A DNA stretch of 64,000 bases, taken from assembly GCA_963739455.1 (NCBI GenBank), contig CAVUAK010000001.1, positions 2,016,001 through 2,080,000 of the forward strand, given 5' to 3'. Each line of letters opens with the position of its first letter. The first letter of the stretch is position 1. The translations under genes and the position numbers were made by a program. This stretch comes from an uncultured Gemmatimonadales bacterium. Its GTDB lineage: Bacteria > Gemmatimonadota > Gemmatimonadetes > Gemmatimonadales > GWC2-71-9. Positions 1-10,270 of this stretch are shown here, piece by piece. The notes under the pieces were generated by a model that was not told the origin of the DNA, did not search any database, and saw nothing but the letters and a program-made list of their open reading frames with translations.

Positions 1-1
1 C

Positions 2-118
2 AACAACTACAACCTGGGCGGGCACGCAGAACGAGCCAAGGAACTGCTGGAGCAGGCCAATGCCGAGATAACTGCCGCCGCCGATCTGCTCAACGCGAGG
101 CAGTTCCGCGAGAAGTAG
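2..118 (+). CDS. 3' end of a small hypothetical protein (partial)
   Basis: Open frame NNYNLGGHAERAKELLEQANAEI...EK* followed by a hairpin. Confidence 0.6.
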   Translation, partial: NNYNLGGHAERAKELLEQANAEITAAADLLNARQFREK

Positions 119-140
119 CCCAGCCAGGACTCGCACCGCA

Positions 141-180
141 CGGGGGTATCGACCGCAGTTCCGTCGGTACCCCCGCTTTC
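141..180. terminator. Intrinsic terminator-like hairpin between convergent genes
   Basis: cgggggtatcgac...gtcggtacccccg followed by ctttc. Confidence 0.6.
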
Positions 181-188
181 ATTGCCCT

Positions 189-1637
189 TTAGAGTGACTC
201 CAGGAACTTTACGAGGGCGGTTCGCTCCTCCGCGGAAAATCGCTGCACCGCGCGACGCGACCGTTCGGCCTCACCCCCATGCCAGAGCACTGCCTCCATG
301 AGCGAGCGCGCCCTGCCATCGTGCAGGAAGCGGCTGTGCCCATTCACAGTCTGGACCAGGCCCACACCCCAGAGTGGTGGCGTGCGCCATTCGCTACCGG
401 TCGCCTTGAAGTCTGGACGGCCGTCGGCCAGGGCCTTGCCCATGTCGTGGATCAGCAGGTCGGTGAAGGGCTGGATCTGCTGGTTCGACACCTCGGGGAT
501 GCCAGGCATGGTGCCTGTTCGTACCGACGGAAGGTGGCAAGAGGCGCATCCCACGCGGCGGAACAGCGCCTCGCCGGCAATGACCTGCCTGTCATTGAGG
601 TTGCGACGCGCGGGGACACCAAGGGACTGGGTATAGAAGCCCACCGCTGCGACAATCGAATCGGAAACCTCGATCGGGTGGGCAGCGCATTCGGGCCGAT
701 ACTCCTCGCATGACTCGCCCGGGAACAGCGTCGACGTGACGCCCATGTCACCGTTGTATGCCGCTGCGGCCTGCTGGATGAGGTTTGGCGTGTTCGCCTT
801 CCATCCGAACCGGCCGATCGCTCGCGCCTGGCCGGTGACGAGGTCCTCCATGTAGTTGGGGCGGCCCGAGATGCCATCGCTGTTCCGGTCGCTCGGGTCG
901 GCGTTCGACTCGATGGTCGAGGCCGGGATCGCCTCGAGCAACCCGAGCCCGAACACGACCGGGGCCACGCGAGGCGAGAACATCAGCGTGGCAGGCAGCG
1001 CCGCATAGACGCCGGTGAGGGTATAGCGCGGTGACTGGAGCGTGAAGGGCGTGCCGTCGGCGAAGGTGCCGCCCGAGTCCACGTAGGTGATGGATGCGGC
1101 GAGCTCGGGCTGGGAACCAGCCACAGCGCGCATCTGCAGCTGGCTGCCAAAACCGGGCACCGGCGCAGGTGCTTCCGCGCCGCGTGGGTTGCTGCGTCGC
1201 CCCGATCGCATGATGCCTGGCACGCTCGCCCGGAACAGCATGGACGCGAACGCTTCCCCCTGCTCCGGGGGCCTGCCCCTGCCATCAGCGAAATGGCAGG
1301 CCTCGCACGATTCGTTGTCGAACACGGGACCGAGCACGCCGGGCGCGAAGATCTCCTCGAAGCCGAGGTCGCCGACATCGTGCTTCACCAGTGAAGCGGC
1401 ACCGAGGTTGGGAGCGGCGTGGCCGAAAGCCTCGCCCGTGATGTCGAACACGGTGGTGGCGCCGCCGGCGTAGGCGTTCCGGTTGCGGTCGTTGCGGACC
1501 AGGCTCAGTTCATCGTCGGTGATCGGGCCGTCGGCCGCGGCTGGAGTATCTGCCGGCTGTTCGGGGGCGGAGGGGGGCGACTCGCTGCTGCACGAGGCAG
1601 CGGCGAAAAGCACAATGGTCAGGAATGCTCGGGACAT
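189..1637 (-). CDS. Di-heme oxidoreductase (DHOR) family lipoprotein
   Basis: Lipobox-like AASC, two CxxCH motifs (CEACH, CASCH), WRTPPLWG and LHDGRAR motifs; aggagg RBS. Confidence 0.85.
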   Translation of the reverse strand: MSRAFLTIVLFAAASCSSESPPSAPEQPADTPAAADGPITDDELSLVRNDRNRNAYAGGATTVFDITGEAFGHAAPNLGAASLVKHDVGDLGFEEIFAPGVLGPVFDNESCEACHFADGRGRPPEQGEAFASMLFRASVPGIMRSGRRSNPRGAEAPAPVPGFGSQLQMRAVAGSQPELAASITYVDSGGTFADGTPFTLQSPRYTLTGVYAALPATLMFSPRVAPVVFGLGLLEAIPASTIESNADPSDRNSDGISGRPNYMEDLVTGQARAIGRFGWKANTPNLIQQAAAAYNGDMGVTSTLFPGESCEEYRPECAAHPIEVSDSIVAAVGFYTQSLGVPARRNLNDRQVIAGEALFRRVGCASCHLPSVRTGTMPGIPEVSNQQIQPFTDLLIHDMGKALADGRPDFKATGSEWRTPPLWGVGLVQTVNGHSRFLHDGRARSLMEAVLWHGGEAERSRRAVQRFSAEERTALVKFLESL

Positions 1638-1868
1638 GAGCATCCTCCTGTGGTGGGTGCCGCGGCACGCGGCGCCAGTTGTGAAGAGAAGTACGCGGGG
1701 TCGGCAGCGCGGGGGTTCCGTCAGCACCGACGGTCGCACGATGGGCCGCGATGGAGGGTCGCGCTACCCGCAACTTTCTGACAGTGAATGGAAAAAGCCG
1801 GAAGTGTCGAACATGTGCACGCGATCGCGTGCGCCACATCACGCTTGGAGGACTGGCCCCGGAGATTG

Positions 1869-4013
1869 TTACGTTGAGCGCGCTGCTCCTTCGCGCGCGT
1901 GGTCCATCAACAGCCGGTGCGTGCCACGTTCATCGGCTGGATTCGACGGACGGCGCTGCTCGTAGTTGCCGTCCGCCTGCAGTTCCCAGGCCTGACGATT
2001 GTCGTGCCACATCAACTCGAGCAGGTCGCGCACCGTGTTGCGGTGCACGGCGTCGAGAATCGGCGCCGCGGCCTCGATGCGGCGATCGAGGTTGCGTGGC
2101 ATCCAGTCGCCGGACCCGATATAGACCTCTTCCTGTCCGCCGTTGCGGAAGTAGAAGGCCCGGGAGTGCTCGAGGAAGCGCCCGATGATGCTGATGACCC
2201 GGATGTTCTCGCTCACTCCGCGCAAGCCCGGCTTGAGGCAGCAGATGCCGCGCACGATCAGGTCGATCTGTACGCCGGCGCGCGATGCCTCATAGAGGGC
2301 CGCGATGATGTCCGGGTGCACCAGTGCGTTCATCTTCGCGAAGATCCGGCCGCCGCGCCCCGCGCGCTGGTGCTCGATCTCTCGGTGAATCAGCGCCAGG
2401 AACCGGGTCAGCATGTAGCGTGGCGCTACCAGGATCTGCCGGTACTGCGCCGGCTGGCCGAACCCGGTGAGCACGTTGAAGAGGTCCGTCAGGTCGGCAC
2501 CCAGGGCGGGGTTGCACGAGAGGATGCCGAAGTCGGTGTAGAGGCGCGCGGTCTTGGGGTTGTAGTTCCCGGTCCCGATGTGGACATACCGGCGGATCAC
2601 ATCACCCTCACGGCGAACGACCAGCATCACCTTGGCGTGCGTCTTCAGGCCCGCCACGCCATAGCTGACGTGCACGCCCACATCCTCCAGGCGCTGGGCC
2701 CAGATGATGTTGTTCTCCTCGTCGAAGCGCGCCTGCAACTCGATAAGCACCGCGACCTGCTTCCCCCGTTCGGCAGCCTGCTGCAGCAGCTTGGCGATGC
2801 TCGAATCGCCCCCGGTACGGTACAGCGTCAGCTTGATGGCGAGGACGTCGGGGTCTTCGGCTGCCGCCTGGATGAACCGCTCCACGGTGGTGGCGAAGCT
2901 GTCATATGGGTGATGCAGGAGGATGTCACCCTCGCGGATGACCTCGAACATGTTGCGGCCCTGCGCCAGCCTGGCCGGCGTGACCGAGTGAAATGTCGAA
3001 TCCTTGAGCGCCGGGAGGTCGAGCACCGACAGCGACAGGAAGTCGGCGGTGTCGAGCAGGCCGTGCACTTCGTACACATCACTCGCCGTGAGCGGCGGGG
3101 CGATGTCCTGCTGCTCCTCGTTGAACTCGGCCAGCAGCAGCTGCCGGAGGGAGAAGGGCATCGAGGAGTGCACCTCGAGCCGTACCACCTCGGCGAAACG
3201 GCGATTGCTGACCTCCTCCTTGATGAGGCTCAGGAGGTCTTCCGCTTCCTCGCCGTTCTCGATGACGATGTCGGTGTTCCGGGTAATCCGGAACAGGTGC
3301 CAGCTCAGGATCTCGATGCCGGGGAAGAGGTACTCGAGATTGCTCCCCACCACCTGTTCCAGCGGCACGAACGTGTTGGGCTCGAGGCAGGGCACCCAGC
3401 GCGGCAGGATCTTGGGCACCTTCACCCGGGCAAAGCGGTCCTCGCCGTCGCTGCCGCGGAGCACCACGGCCACCGAAAGACTGAGGTTCGAGATGTAGGG
3501 GAAGGGATGACCAGGGTCCACCGCGAGCGGGGTGAGCACGGGGAACACGTTGGCCTGGAAATACCGGTCGATGTGCTCGCGGTTGGCGCGGTCGAGGTCG
3601 CCGAGGTGGCTGATGACCTGCACACCCTGCTCCGCCATCGCAGGGAGGACGTCGCGCATCAGCCCCTGCCGGTGCTGGGCGAGCTGCTCGCGCACCACCA
3701 CCGCGATGCGGGCAAGCTGGTCCTCGGCGGTGAGGCCATCGGGTGTGCGTTCGGTAACCCCGGCGGCAACCTGCCGCTTGAGCCCGGCGACACGCACCTG
3801 GAAGAACTCGTCGAGGTTGCTGCTGTAGATCCCGAGGAACTTGAGCCGTTCCAGCAGCGGGGTCCGCGGGTCGAGCGCCTCGTGGAGCACGCGGCGATTG
3901 AACTCGAGCCAGCTCAGCTCACGATTGACGTAGAGCGACGGATGCCGAACGTCGAGGTCGAGCAGCGTCGGCGCCGGGGCCGGAGTCGTCGAAGCTGGCT
4001 GTACCGTGGTCAT
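1869..4013 (-). CDS. ppk1: Polyphosphate kinase 1
   Basis: NRELSWLEFN, NLDEFF, LHHPYDSF, LKTHAK, GRFLEHSR, DWMPRNLDRR. Confidence 0.97.
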   Translation of the reverse strand: MTTVQPASTTPAPAPTLLDLDVRHPSLYVNRELSWLEFNRRVLHEALDPRTPLLERLKFLGIYSSNLDEFFQVRVAGLKRQVAAGVTERTPDGLTAEDQLARIAVVVREQLAQHRQGLMRDVLPAMAEQGVQVISHLGDLDRANREHIDRYFQANVFPVLTPLAVDPGHPFPYISNLSLSVAVVLRGSDGEDRFARVKVPKILPRWVPCLEPNTFVPLEQVVGSNLEYLFPGIEILSWHLFRITRNTDIVIENGEEAEDLLSLIKEEVSNRRFAEVVRLEVHSSMPFSLRQLLLAEFNEEQQDIAPPLTASDVYEVHGLLDTADFLSLSVLDLPALKDSTFHSVTPARLAQGRNMFEVIREGDILLHHPYDSFATTVERFIQAAAEDPDVLAIKLTLYRTGGDSSIAKLLQQAAERGKQVAVLIELQARFDEENNIIWAQRLEDVGVHVSYGVAGLKTHAKVMLVVRREGDVIRRYVHIGTGNYNPKTARLYTDFGILSCNPALGADLTDLFNVLTGFGQPAQYRQILVAPRYMLTRFLALIHREIEHQRAGRGGRIFAKMNALVHPDIIAALYEASRAGVQIDLIVRGICCLKPGLRGVSENIRVISIIGRFLEHSRAFYFRNGGQEEVYIGSGDWMPRNLDRRIEAAAPILDAVHRNTVRDLLELMWHDNRQAWELQADGNYEQRRPSNPADERGTHRLLMDHAREGAARST

Positions 4014-4044
4014 GATGCGTCAATCCTGCCGGGTGCCTGTCCTG

Positions 4045-4407
4045 TCAGTCGCCATCCGGAATGAGCAGCGACAGGGCCGTGCTGATGACGCCGATGAAGA
4101 TGCCGCCGAGCACTGCCCACCAGAAGCCGTCGACCGCGAAGTGGAACCCCATCTTCTGCGAAACGTATGCCGTGAACAGTAACAGGGCCCCATTCACCAC
4201 CAGGGCAAACAGCCCCAGCGTCAGCAGGACAAGGGGGCAGGTCAGCACCATCAGGAGCGGCTTGAGAAAGGCGTTCAGTACACCGAACACCAGGGCGATC
4301 CCGCCCAGCTGCACCAGGGTGCCCTCGAAATGCAGGCCGGGGAGCAGCTTGACCGCAGCGAAAATGGCTACGGCATTGATCAGCAGGCGGATTATGAAGG
4401 CCATCAT
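4045..4407 (-). CDS. 4-TMS 'phage holin family' (YvlD-like) membrane protein, chromosomal
   Basis: Four hydrophobic segments, LNAFLKPLL..LTCP..LLTLGLF. Confidence 0.8.
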   Translation of the reverse strand: MMAFIIRLLINAVAIFAAVKLLPGLHFEGTLVQLGGIALVFGVLNAFLKPLLMVLTCPLVLLTLGLFALVVNGALLLFTAYVSQKMGFHFAVDGFWWAVLGGIFIGVISTALSLLIPDGD

Positions 4408-4431
4408 CAGCAGCTCCAGAGGGGGAGGTAT

Positions 4432-5496
4432 CTAGGCAATGACGCCGCCACCCAGCACGCGGTCGGTGTCGTCATACAGTACGCCCGACTGTCCAGGCGT
4501 GATGGCGCGAACGGCGGTCTCGAGCACCAGTGAAACACGGCCTTCCTCGGTCGAGACCACCGTTCCCGGAACGGCGGGCGCGCGATACCGCAACTGCACG
4601 CGACAGGCATCTCCGGGCGCCAACGGTGCGGCGAGCCAGTTGATCTCGTCGAGTGTCACCCGGTGGCCTTCGAGGTCCTCGATTGACCCGATGACCACCT
4701 CGCGCGCCTCGGGTCGGATCGCCACGACGTACCGTGCCTCGCTGAAACCTCCCGGCAGTCGCTTCCGCTGGCCGATCGTGAAACGGGCAAAGCCATCATG
4801 CTCACCGACCACCTCGCCCGTCGTGGTCACGAGCGGGCCGGGCGTCAGTGCCGGGGCGTCCGCCGGGAGGTGCTGCTCGAGGACGCCGACATAGTCATCG
4901 TCGGGAACGAAGCAGATCTCGACCGACTCGGGCTTGTCGGCGGTGGCAAGGCCGAGGCGGCGCGCGTAGGCGCGCGTCTCGCTCTTGGAGAGTTCGCCCA
5001 CGGGTGTCAGCATGCGCGCCACGACAGCCTGGTCAATGCCCCAGAGGAAGTAGCTCTGGTCCTTCGTGCGATCGCGACCACGGTACAGCGCGCCGTCGCG
5101 GGCGATGGCATAGTGGCCGGTCGCGATGGCGTCGCACTGGAGCTCCTGCGCATGTGCCAGCAGGTCGCGGAACTTGGTGAACGAGTTGCATCGCACACAC
5201 GGAATCGGGGTGCGGCCCCGACTGTACTCACTCACGAAGTTCTGGATCACGTGCAGCGAGAAACGGTCCTCGAGGTTCAGCACATAGTGCGGAATGCCGA
5301 GCCGGTGCGCGACGTCGCGCGCGTCATTGATCGAGTCGAGCGAGCAGCAGGGTCGGTCGGGAACCGAGTCCCCGTAACAGAAGAGCTTCATCGTGGCGCC
5401 CACGACGTCATAGCCCTGCTCGACCAGGCGCGCCGCTGCCACCGACGAGTCGACCCCGCCGGACATGGCGACGAGCACCCGACCGGCGCTATGCAC
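4432..5496 (-). CDS. mnmA: tRNA 2-thiouridylase
   Basis: [35 protein letters not shown]. Confidence 0.96.
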   Translation of the reverse strand: MHSAGRVLVAMSGGVDSSVAAARLVEQGYDVVGATMKLFCYGDSVPDRPCCSLDSINDARDVAHRLGIPHYVLNLEDRFSLHVIQNFVSEYSRGRTPIPCVRCNSFTKFRDLLAHAQELQCDAIATGHYAIARDGALYRGRDRTKDQSYFLWGIDQAVVARMLTPVGELSKSETRAYARRLGLATADKPESVEICFVPDDDYVGVLEQHLPADAPALTPGPLVTTTGEVVGEHDGFARFTIGQRKRLPGGFSEARYVVAIRPEAREVVIGSIEDLEGHRVTLDEINWLAAPLAPGDACRVQLRYRAPAVPGTVVSTEEGRVSLVLETAVRAITPGQSGVLYDDTDRVLGGGVIA

Positions 5497-6664
5497 GACC
5501 GAGCGCTCCGGCCAGCTTGCGCGCGCGGGCGACCACCTTGGGGAACGCCGCCGCAACGCGCTCCACGTCCGTCATCGTGCTTTCATGACCGAACGAGAAG
5601 CGGAGCTGGCCCAGGGCCAGGTCGCGTGGCACACCCATGGCGGAGAGCACGTGCGATGGCTCCACCGCGCCGGTGGAACATGCCGAGCCACCCGATGCGG
5701 CAACGCCCTGCATGTCGAGGTGCATGAGCAGGGTCTCGCTGTCGGCGCCGGCCACGGCGATGGTCAGGATGTGGGGCGCCCGGCTGCCGGCGGCACCGAC
5801 GGCAACGAGGTCGGGGACATCGCGAAGCAACAGCGTCTCGAGCTGGTCGCGCAACGCCGCCAGGCGGGGCGCTTCGGCGGCCTGCTCCGCGGCCGCGAGG
5901 CGGGCCGCACAGCCGAGGGCGACCGCGCCGGCGACATTCTCAGTGCCTGGGCGGATGCCATACTGCTGGCCTCCGCCGTGAATGATCGACTCCACCAGCC
6001 CGCGATCCCGGATGATCAGCGCACCAATGCCCTTGGGCGCGCCGAGCTTGTGCCCCGAGAGGGTCAGCAGGGCGACGGGGAGTTGCCGGAGGTCGACCGC
6101 GATCTTCCCGAACGCCTGTACGCCGTCGGTGTGCAGTGGCACGCCCGCGACACTACATCGTGCCGCAATATCCGTCATCGGCTGGACGGTGCCGACTTCG
6201 TTGTTGACCCACATGACCGACACCACGGCTGGCCTGCGCGCGAAGGCTGCCTCGAGCGCCTCGAGCTGCAGTGATCCGTCCGGGTGGACCGGGAGGATGA
6301 TTTCCTCCCCGCCCAGTGTGGCCACCGTGTGCGCCGCAGCCAGGATCGCCTTGTGCTCGATGGCTGAGACGGCCACGCATCGCGGCCGGCCGCGCGCGCT
6401 CGCCGCGAACGCTGCACCGATGATGGCGAGGTTGTCTGCTTCCGTTCCGCCGGAGGTAAAGACCACCTGCGTTGGTTCGCAGCCGACCGCCTCGGCGATT
6501 TCGCGCCGGGCCTGCTCGAGTCCGGCCCTCGCGGCGCGGCCGTATCGGTGCGAACTCGACGGATTGCCGAAGACATCGTCGAAGTAGGGACGCATCGCGT
6601 CGCGCACTTCGGCGCGAACGGGCGTAGTGGCAGCGTGGTCGAGGTAGGTCAGGGCCGGGTCCAT
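5489..6664 (-). CDS. iscS: Cysteine desulfurase (IscS/NifS)
   Basis: [32 protein letters not shown]; coupled to mnmA. Confidence 0.92.
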   Translation of the reverse strand: MDPALTYLDHAATTPVRAEVRDAMRPYFDDVFGNPSSSHRYGRAARAGLEQARREIAEAVGCEPTQVVFTSGGTEADNLAIIGAAFAASARGRPRCVAVSAIEHKAILAAAHTVATLGGEEIILPVHPDGSLQLEALEAAFARRPAVVSVMWVNNEVGTVQPMTDIAARCSVAGVPLHTDGVQAFGKIAVDLRQLPVALLTLSGHKLGAPKGIGALIIRDRGLVESIIHGGGQQYGIRPGTENVAGAVALGCAARLAAAEQAAEAPRLAALRDQLETLLLRDVPDLVAVGAAGSRAPHILTIAVAGADSETLLMHLDMQGVAASGGSACSTGAVEPSHVLSAMGVPRDLALGQLRFSFGHESTMTDVERVAAAFPKVVARARKLAGALGRA

Positions 6665-6719
6665 AAGGCCTGAAATATACACGACTTACGGGAGGGGCGA
6701 GTGGGCTGCAGATTGGGCC

Positions 6720-8525
6720 ATGCCTTCAGGGCCGCACCAGATACCCGATGACACCTTCCTGGCGCTGCAGCAGGCGCTCGCGGGCAGGTATTCCCTGGAA
6801 TCGGAGCTGGGCCATGGGGCAATGGGCATCGTGTTCCGCGCCCGGGAGGTGCGCCTCGATCGCCCCGTCGCCATCAAGCTGCTGCGGCCCGATCTGGCCA
6901 GCCGGAGTGACGTCCGCGAGAACTTCATGCGGGAGGCCCGCACCGCAGCGGGGCTCGACCACCCGAACATCGTGCCGATCTACCTCGCGGATGAAGTCGA
7001 GGGCCTCAGCTTCTTCGTCATGGCGTGCGTGGACGGCGAAACCCTGGCCAGACAGGTGGAGCGGAAGGGGCCCATGGCTCCCGGCGAGGCGGCGAGGCTG
7101 CTCCGGTCCATTTCCTGGGCGCTGGCATATGCCCACGCGCGCGGGGTGGTGCATCGAGACATCAAGCCCGAGAACATTCTCATTGACCGCGAAAGTCGCC
7201 GGCCGTTAGTGGCGGATTTTGGCATCGCAAAGGTGAACCGTCATCCGGGCAGCGCACAGGCAGGACAGGTTGTTGGCACGCCCGAGTTCATGAGCCCTGA
7301 ACAGTGTGCTGGGGATGAGGTCGACGGCCGCAGTGATCTCTACTCACTCGGGATCCTCGGTTACTACGTCCTGAGCGGTGTAGTCCCGTTCTCAGGGCCG
7401 GACATCCGTTCGATCCTGACCCGTCACATTGCGACTGATCCTCGCCCGCTGCGCGAACTCCGGACCGACCTGCCCCTCCATCTCGCCAGCACAATTGGCA
7501 GTTGCCTCGCAAAGGATCGCGAGAAGCGGTTTGCCACCGCGGAGGCCCTGTCGCAGGCGCTCGAGGAGTCGATGGACAGGCCGCGACTGGTACCGCTCCC
7601 CATACGCACCTATTTGCGTCGTTTCCGGCGACCGCAGTGGGAAATGCTGCTGCTGGCGAGCGTGGCTTGTGCCGCAGCCTTCGGCATGGGACAGATCCTG
7701 TTGCGCGGCCGCGGTGGGCTCACGACTGAGACGCTCGTCGCGGGCGCCGCGCTGGGGCTCGCGTGGCTCGCGTTCGCCGAGTTCCGGGAGACGCGCGCTC
7801 TGGTGCGCGCCGGGTACGGTCATGCTGACCTGATGCGGGCCCTGCGATCGGAGCGGGAGGCGGTGCGGCGTGAGCTCTGGGCCTCGAGCGACGATCCCCA
7901 GCCTGACCCGGCGCGTGTCCGGATGATGCGCGCCGTGTTCATCGGGGGAGCACTGGTGACACTCGCCTCACTCGCGGGGGCGGTCTTCCTGCAGCCTGGC
8001 CTGCCGATGCGCGAAGCGGTGAGCCGCATGCCCCTGCGCGTCGCCCTTCCGCTGACGGTGGCAGTCATCATTACGCTGGCCGGCGGCGCGCGACTCATCC
8101 TCGCGCGGGCCACCCTGTTTGGCGACGTGACCATTCGGATGTGGGACAGCCGGTTCATGCGCGGCGCGTTCGCGCTGGCGGGCATCGGCGTCGAGCGTCC
8201 CGAGGAATCGCGCAGCGACCGCCCCACCGAGGTGGCGGTGGGGTCGGCGGTCATGGCCCTGCTGGATTCGCTGCAGCCGACGATGGCGTCGGAATTGGGG
8301 GAGATTGGTGACTTGAGCCAGCGCCTGGAGGAGTTGGCGCGTGGGATTCGCGCGGAGATGCTCGTCCAGCCGTCACCCCGGCTCGATGATCAGTTGAGCG
8401 TGGCGGTGTCAGTGCTGGAGGAGTTCCGTATCGGGCTGCTGCGGTTGCGTGGGCCGACGTCCGACCGGGAAGGGCTTGACCGTGCCATTGCCCGGGCGCG
8501 AGCGCTGGTCGAGGTCAAGGGCTAG
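6720..8525 (+). CDS. Hanks-type Ser/Thr kinase with C-terminal membrane region
   Basis: LGHGAMG, VAIK, HRDIKPEN, DFG, GTPEFMSPE. Confidence 0.93.
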   Translation: MPSGPHQIPDDTFLALQQALAGRYSLESELGHGAMGIVFRAREVRLDRPVAIKLLRPDLASRSDVRENFMREARTAAGLDHPNIVPIYLADEVEGLSFFVMACVDGETLARQVERKGPMAPGEAARLLRSISWALAYAHARGVVHRDIKPENILIDRESRRPLVADFGIAKVNRHPGSAQAGQVVGTPEFMSPEQCAGDEVDGRSDLYSLGILGYYVLSGVVPFSGPDIRSILTRHIATDPRPLRELRTDLPLHLASTIGSCLAKDREKRFATAEALSQALEESMDRPRLVPLPIRTYLRRFRRPQWEMLLLASVACAAAFGMGQILLRGRGGLTTETLVAGAALGLAWLAFAEFRETRALVRAGYGHADLMRALRSEREAVRRELWASSDDPQPDPARVRMMRAVFIGGALVTLASLAGAVFLQPGLPMREAVSRMPLRVALPLTVAVIITLAGGARLILARATLFGDVTIRMWDSRFMRGAFALAGIGVERPEESRSDRPTEVAVGSAVMALLDSLQPTMASELGEIGDLSQRLEELARGIRAEMLVQPSPRLDDQLSVAVSVLEEFRIGLLRLRGPTSDREGLDRAIARARALVEVKG

Positions 8526-8534
8526 ACCACGGGG

Positions 8535-9251
8535 CTACATGCTCTGAACGCCAAGCCTGGTCACGTCGTCCACTACAAGTGTCTCGTGCGTATAGAAGGG
8601 CTCCCCATAGCGCGTGCGAATGAGCGATCCATAATGCGCATTCTGGACCTCGATCAGCGAATAGAGGTCCTGCCCGGTCGGGAAAATTTCCCCCGCCGCC
8701 TTCGCGCCGTCGAACTGGCTCCCGTAGCAGCGGATGGCCTTCATCTTCCGCTCGAACTGGTCGGTGATGTCGACAACGAATGTCGGCTTGAGTGGGTCCT
8801 CCCGGTAGGCCAGCGAATACAGCAGCTTGTGCGGCCGGTGCGGCGCACCTTCGGCCGGAAACCGGGAGAGGCCGGCGAGAAAGGCTGCGTCCCGGCCGAG
8901 TTCGGAGGCCACGCGGTGATCGGGATGACGGCCGACGGGGAAGGGAAGGATGACGACACGCGGCGCAAAGTGGCGGATATGGCCCGCCACGACGCGCCGC
9001 GTCTCTTCAGTATTGAACAAGCCGGCATCGGGCAGGCCGGCGTTCCTCCGCTCGGCCACTCCAAGTACCGCAGCCGCCTGCTCCGCCTCTGCCGCACGGA
9101 GCGCGGCGCTGCCCCGCGTCCCGCTCTCACCAGCCGTCAGGTCCAGGATGCCGGTGCGATGACCCTGGTCGACCGCCCGGAGCAGGGTGCCGGCACAGGT
9201 GAGCTCGACATCATCCCTGTGTGCGGCGATCGCCAGGATATCTACGGTCAT
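8535..9251 (-). CDS. bshB1: Bacillithiol biosynthesis deacetylase (PIG-L family)
   Basis: AHRDDVEL, LTAGESGTRG, RHPDH. Confidence 0.85.
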   Translation of the reverse strand: MTVDILAIAAHRDDVELTCAGTLLRAVDQGHRTGILDLTAGESGTRGSAALRAAEAEQAAAVLGVAERRNAGLPDAGLFNTEETRRVVAGHIRHFAPRVVILPFPVGRHPDHRVASELGRDAAFLAGLSRFPAEGAPHRPHKLLYSLAYREDPLKPTFVVDITDQFERKMKAIRCYGSQFDGAKAAGEIFPTGQDLYSLIEVQNAHYGSLIRTRYGEPFYTHETLVVDDVTRLGVQSM

Positions 9252-9278
9252 CGTTCAGGTCATCTCCAGGAAGCAGGC

Positions 9279-10193
9279 TTATGCCGGCTGGGGCAGGGGA
9301 CGGCGCCGACGACGCAGCGTCCACCATGCACCGGTCACGATCAATCCCACCGGAATCACGACGCCAGACCAGCCGATCGCAAGGGTCACCAGTCCGAGGA
9401 ATCGTCCCCACGCCTGCCGCACCGCATCGACCAGCGGCGACTGGCCGGTCTGCTCCAGCACCGGCACCGGCTCATGCACCGACAGCGTCAAGCGGCTGGT
9501 TGCCGCCCTCGACTGGAGGTAGCGCAGCCGTCCCTCGTAGCGCTCGATCTCCTCGCGAACACGGGCCAGCTCCCGCTCCACCGCGAGGATATCCTGCAGC
9601 TTCCCGGGGCGATGTGCGAGCACGTCGATGAGGCGATCCTCGAGCCGGTGCGCGTTGGTGACCCGCGCGGCGATGTCGGTGTACTGCTCCCCCACGTCCT
9701 CGGTGGAGACCTGGACCGTTTCCAGCTTGCCGAGTCCATTGAGGCCGGATACCGCAGCGTCGAACCGCTCGTTCGGGATGCGCAACTCGATCGAGGCCGA
9801 GCGGAGGCGTTCGTCGCCGGCCTGGATGCTCGTGTTGGCCACGAAGCCGCCCATCTGCGCGGCGAGTGCCCTGACCTGATCGACGGCCGGGTTGAGCGAA
9901 CGCACCTCGATGCTGGCATTTCCGGTGCGAATCAGCATCGCCTCCACCGGCAGCGCAGCGACGGATGTTCCTGGAAGCGCGAATCCGGATCCGCCATCTC
10001 CTTCTGCCGCGAAGTCCCTCCGATCGAGCGTGCCGGCAACAACCTGGGCCGTCTCCATGCCTGGTGCGTCAGCGCTCGCCTGGGCTTTGGCGGCCTCCTC
10101 ACGACGGACCTCATTCATCGCGGTATTCTGGCCCATGTGGCACGCGGTGACCATGAGCACCGCAAGGGATGGAACGAGCACTGAGTGACGCAT
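9279..10193 (-). CDS. DUF4349 family lipoprotein
   Basis: Lipobox VTAC, LIRTG...LRIP...EDVGEQYTD, coiled coil, C-terminal TM. Confidence 0.8.
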   Translation of the reverse strand: MRHSVLVPSLAVLMVTACHMGQNTAMNEVRREEAAKAQASADAPGMETAQVVAGTLDRRDFAAEGDGGSGFALPGTSVAALPVEAMLIRTGNASIEVRSLNPAVDQVRALAAQMGGFVANTSIQAGDERLRSASIELRIPNERFDAAVSGLNGLGKLETVQVSTEDVGEQYTDIAARVTNAHRLEDRLIDVLAHRPGKLQDILAVERELARVREEIERYEGRLRYLQSRAATSRLTLSVHEPVPVLEQTGQSPLVDAVRQAWGRFLGLVTLAIGWSGVVIPVGLIVTGAWWTLRRRRRPLPQPA

Positions 10194-10270
10194 ATCCACC
10201 TTCGGTTCGGGTCGGGCAGGAGATGCAGCGGGCCTGGAACCGTGCACAGCGCACAGGATTGCAGTGCCCG

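Noticed and set aside
4045..4407. 'Phage holin' as evidence of a prophage
   Set aside because: This 4-TMS family is commonly chromosomal; here it sits in the iscS-mnmA-ppk1 run with no phage genes nearby
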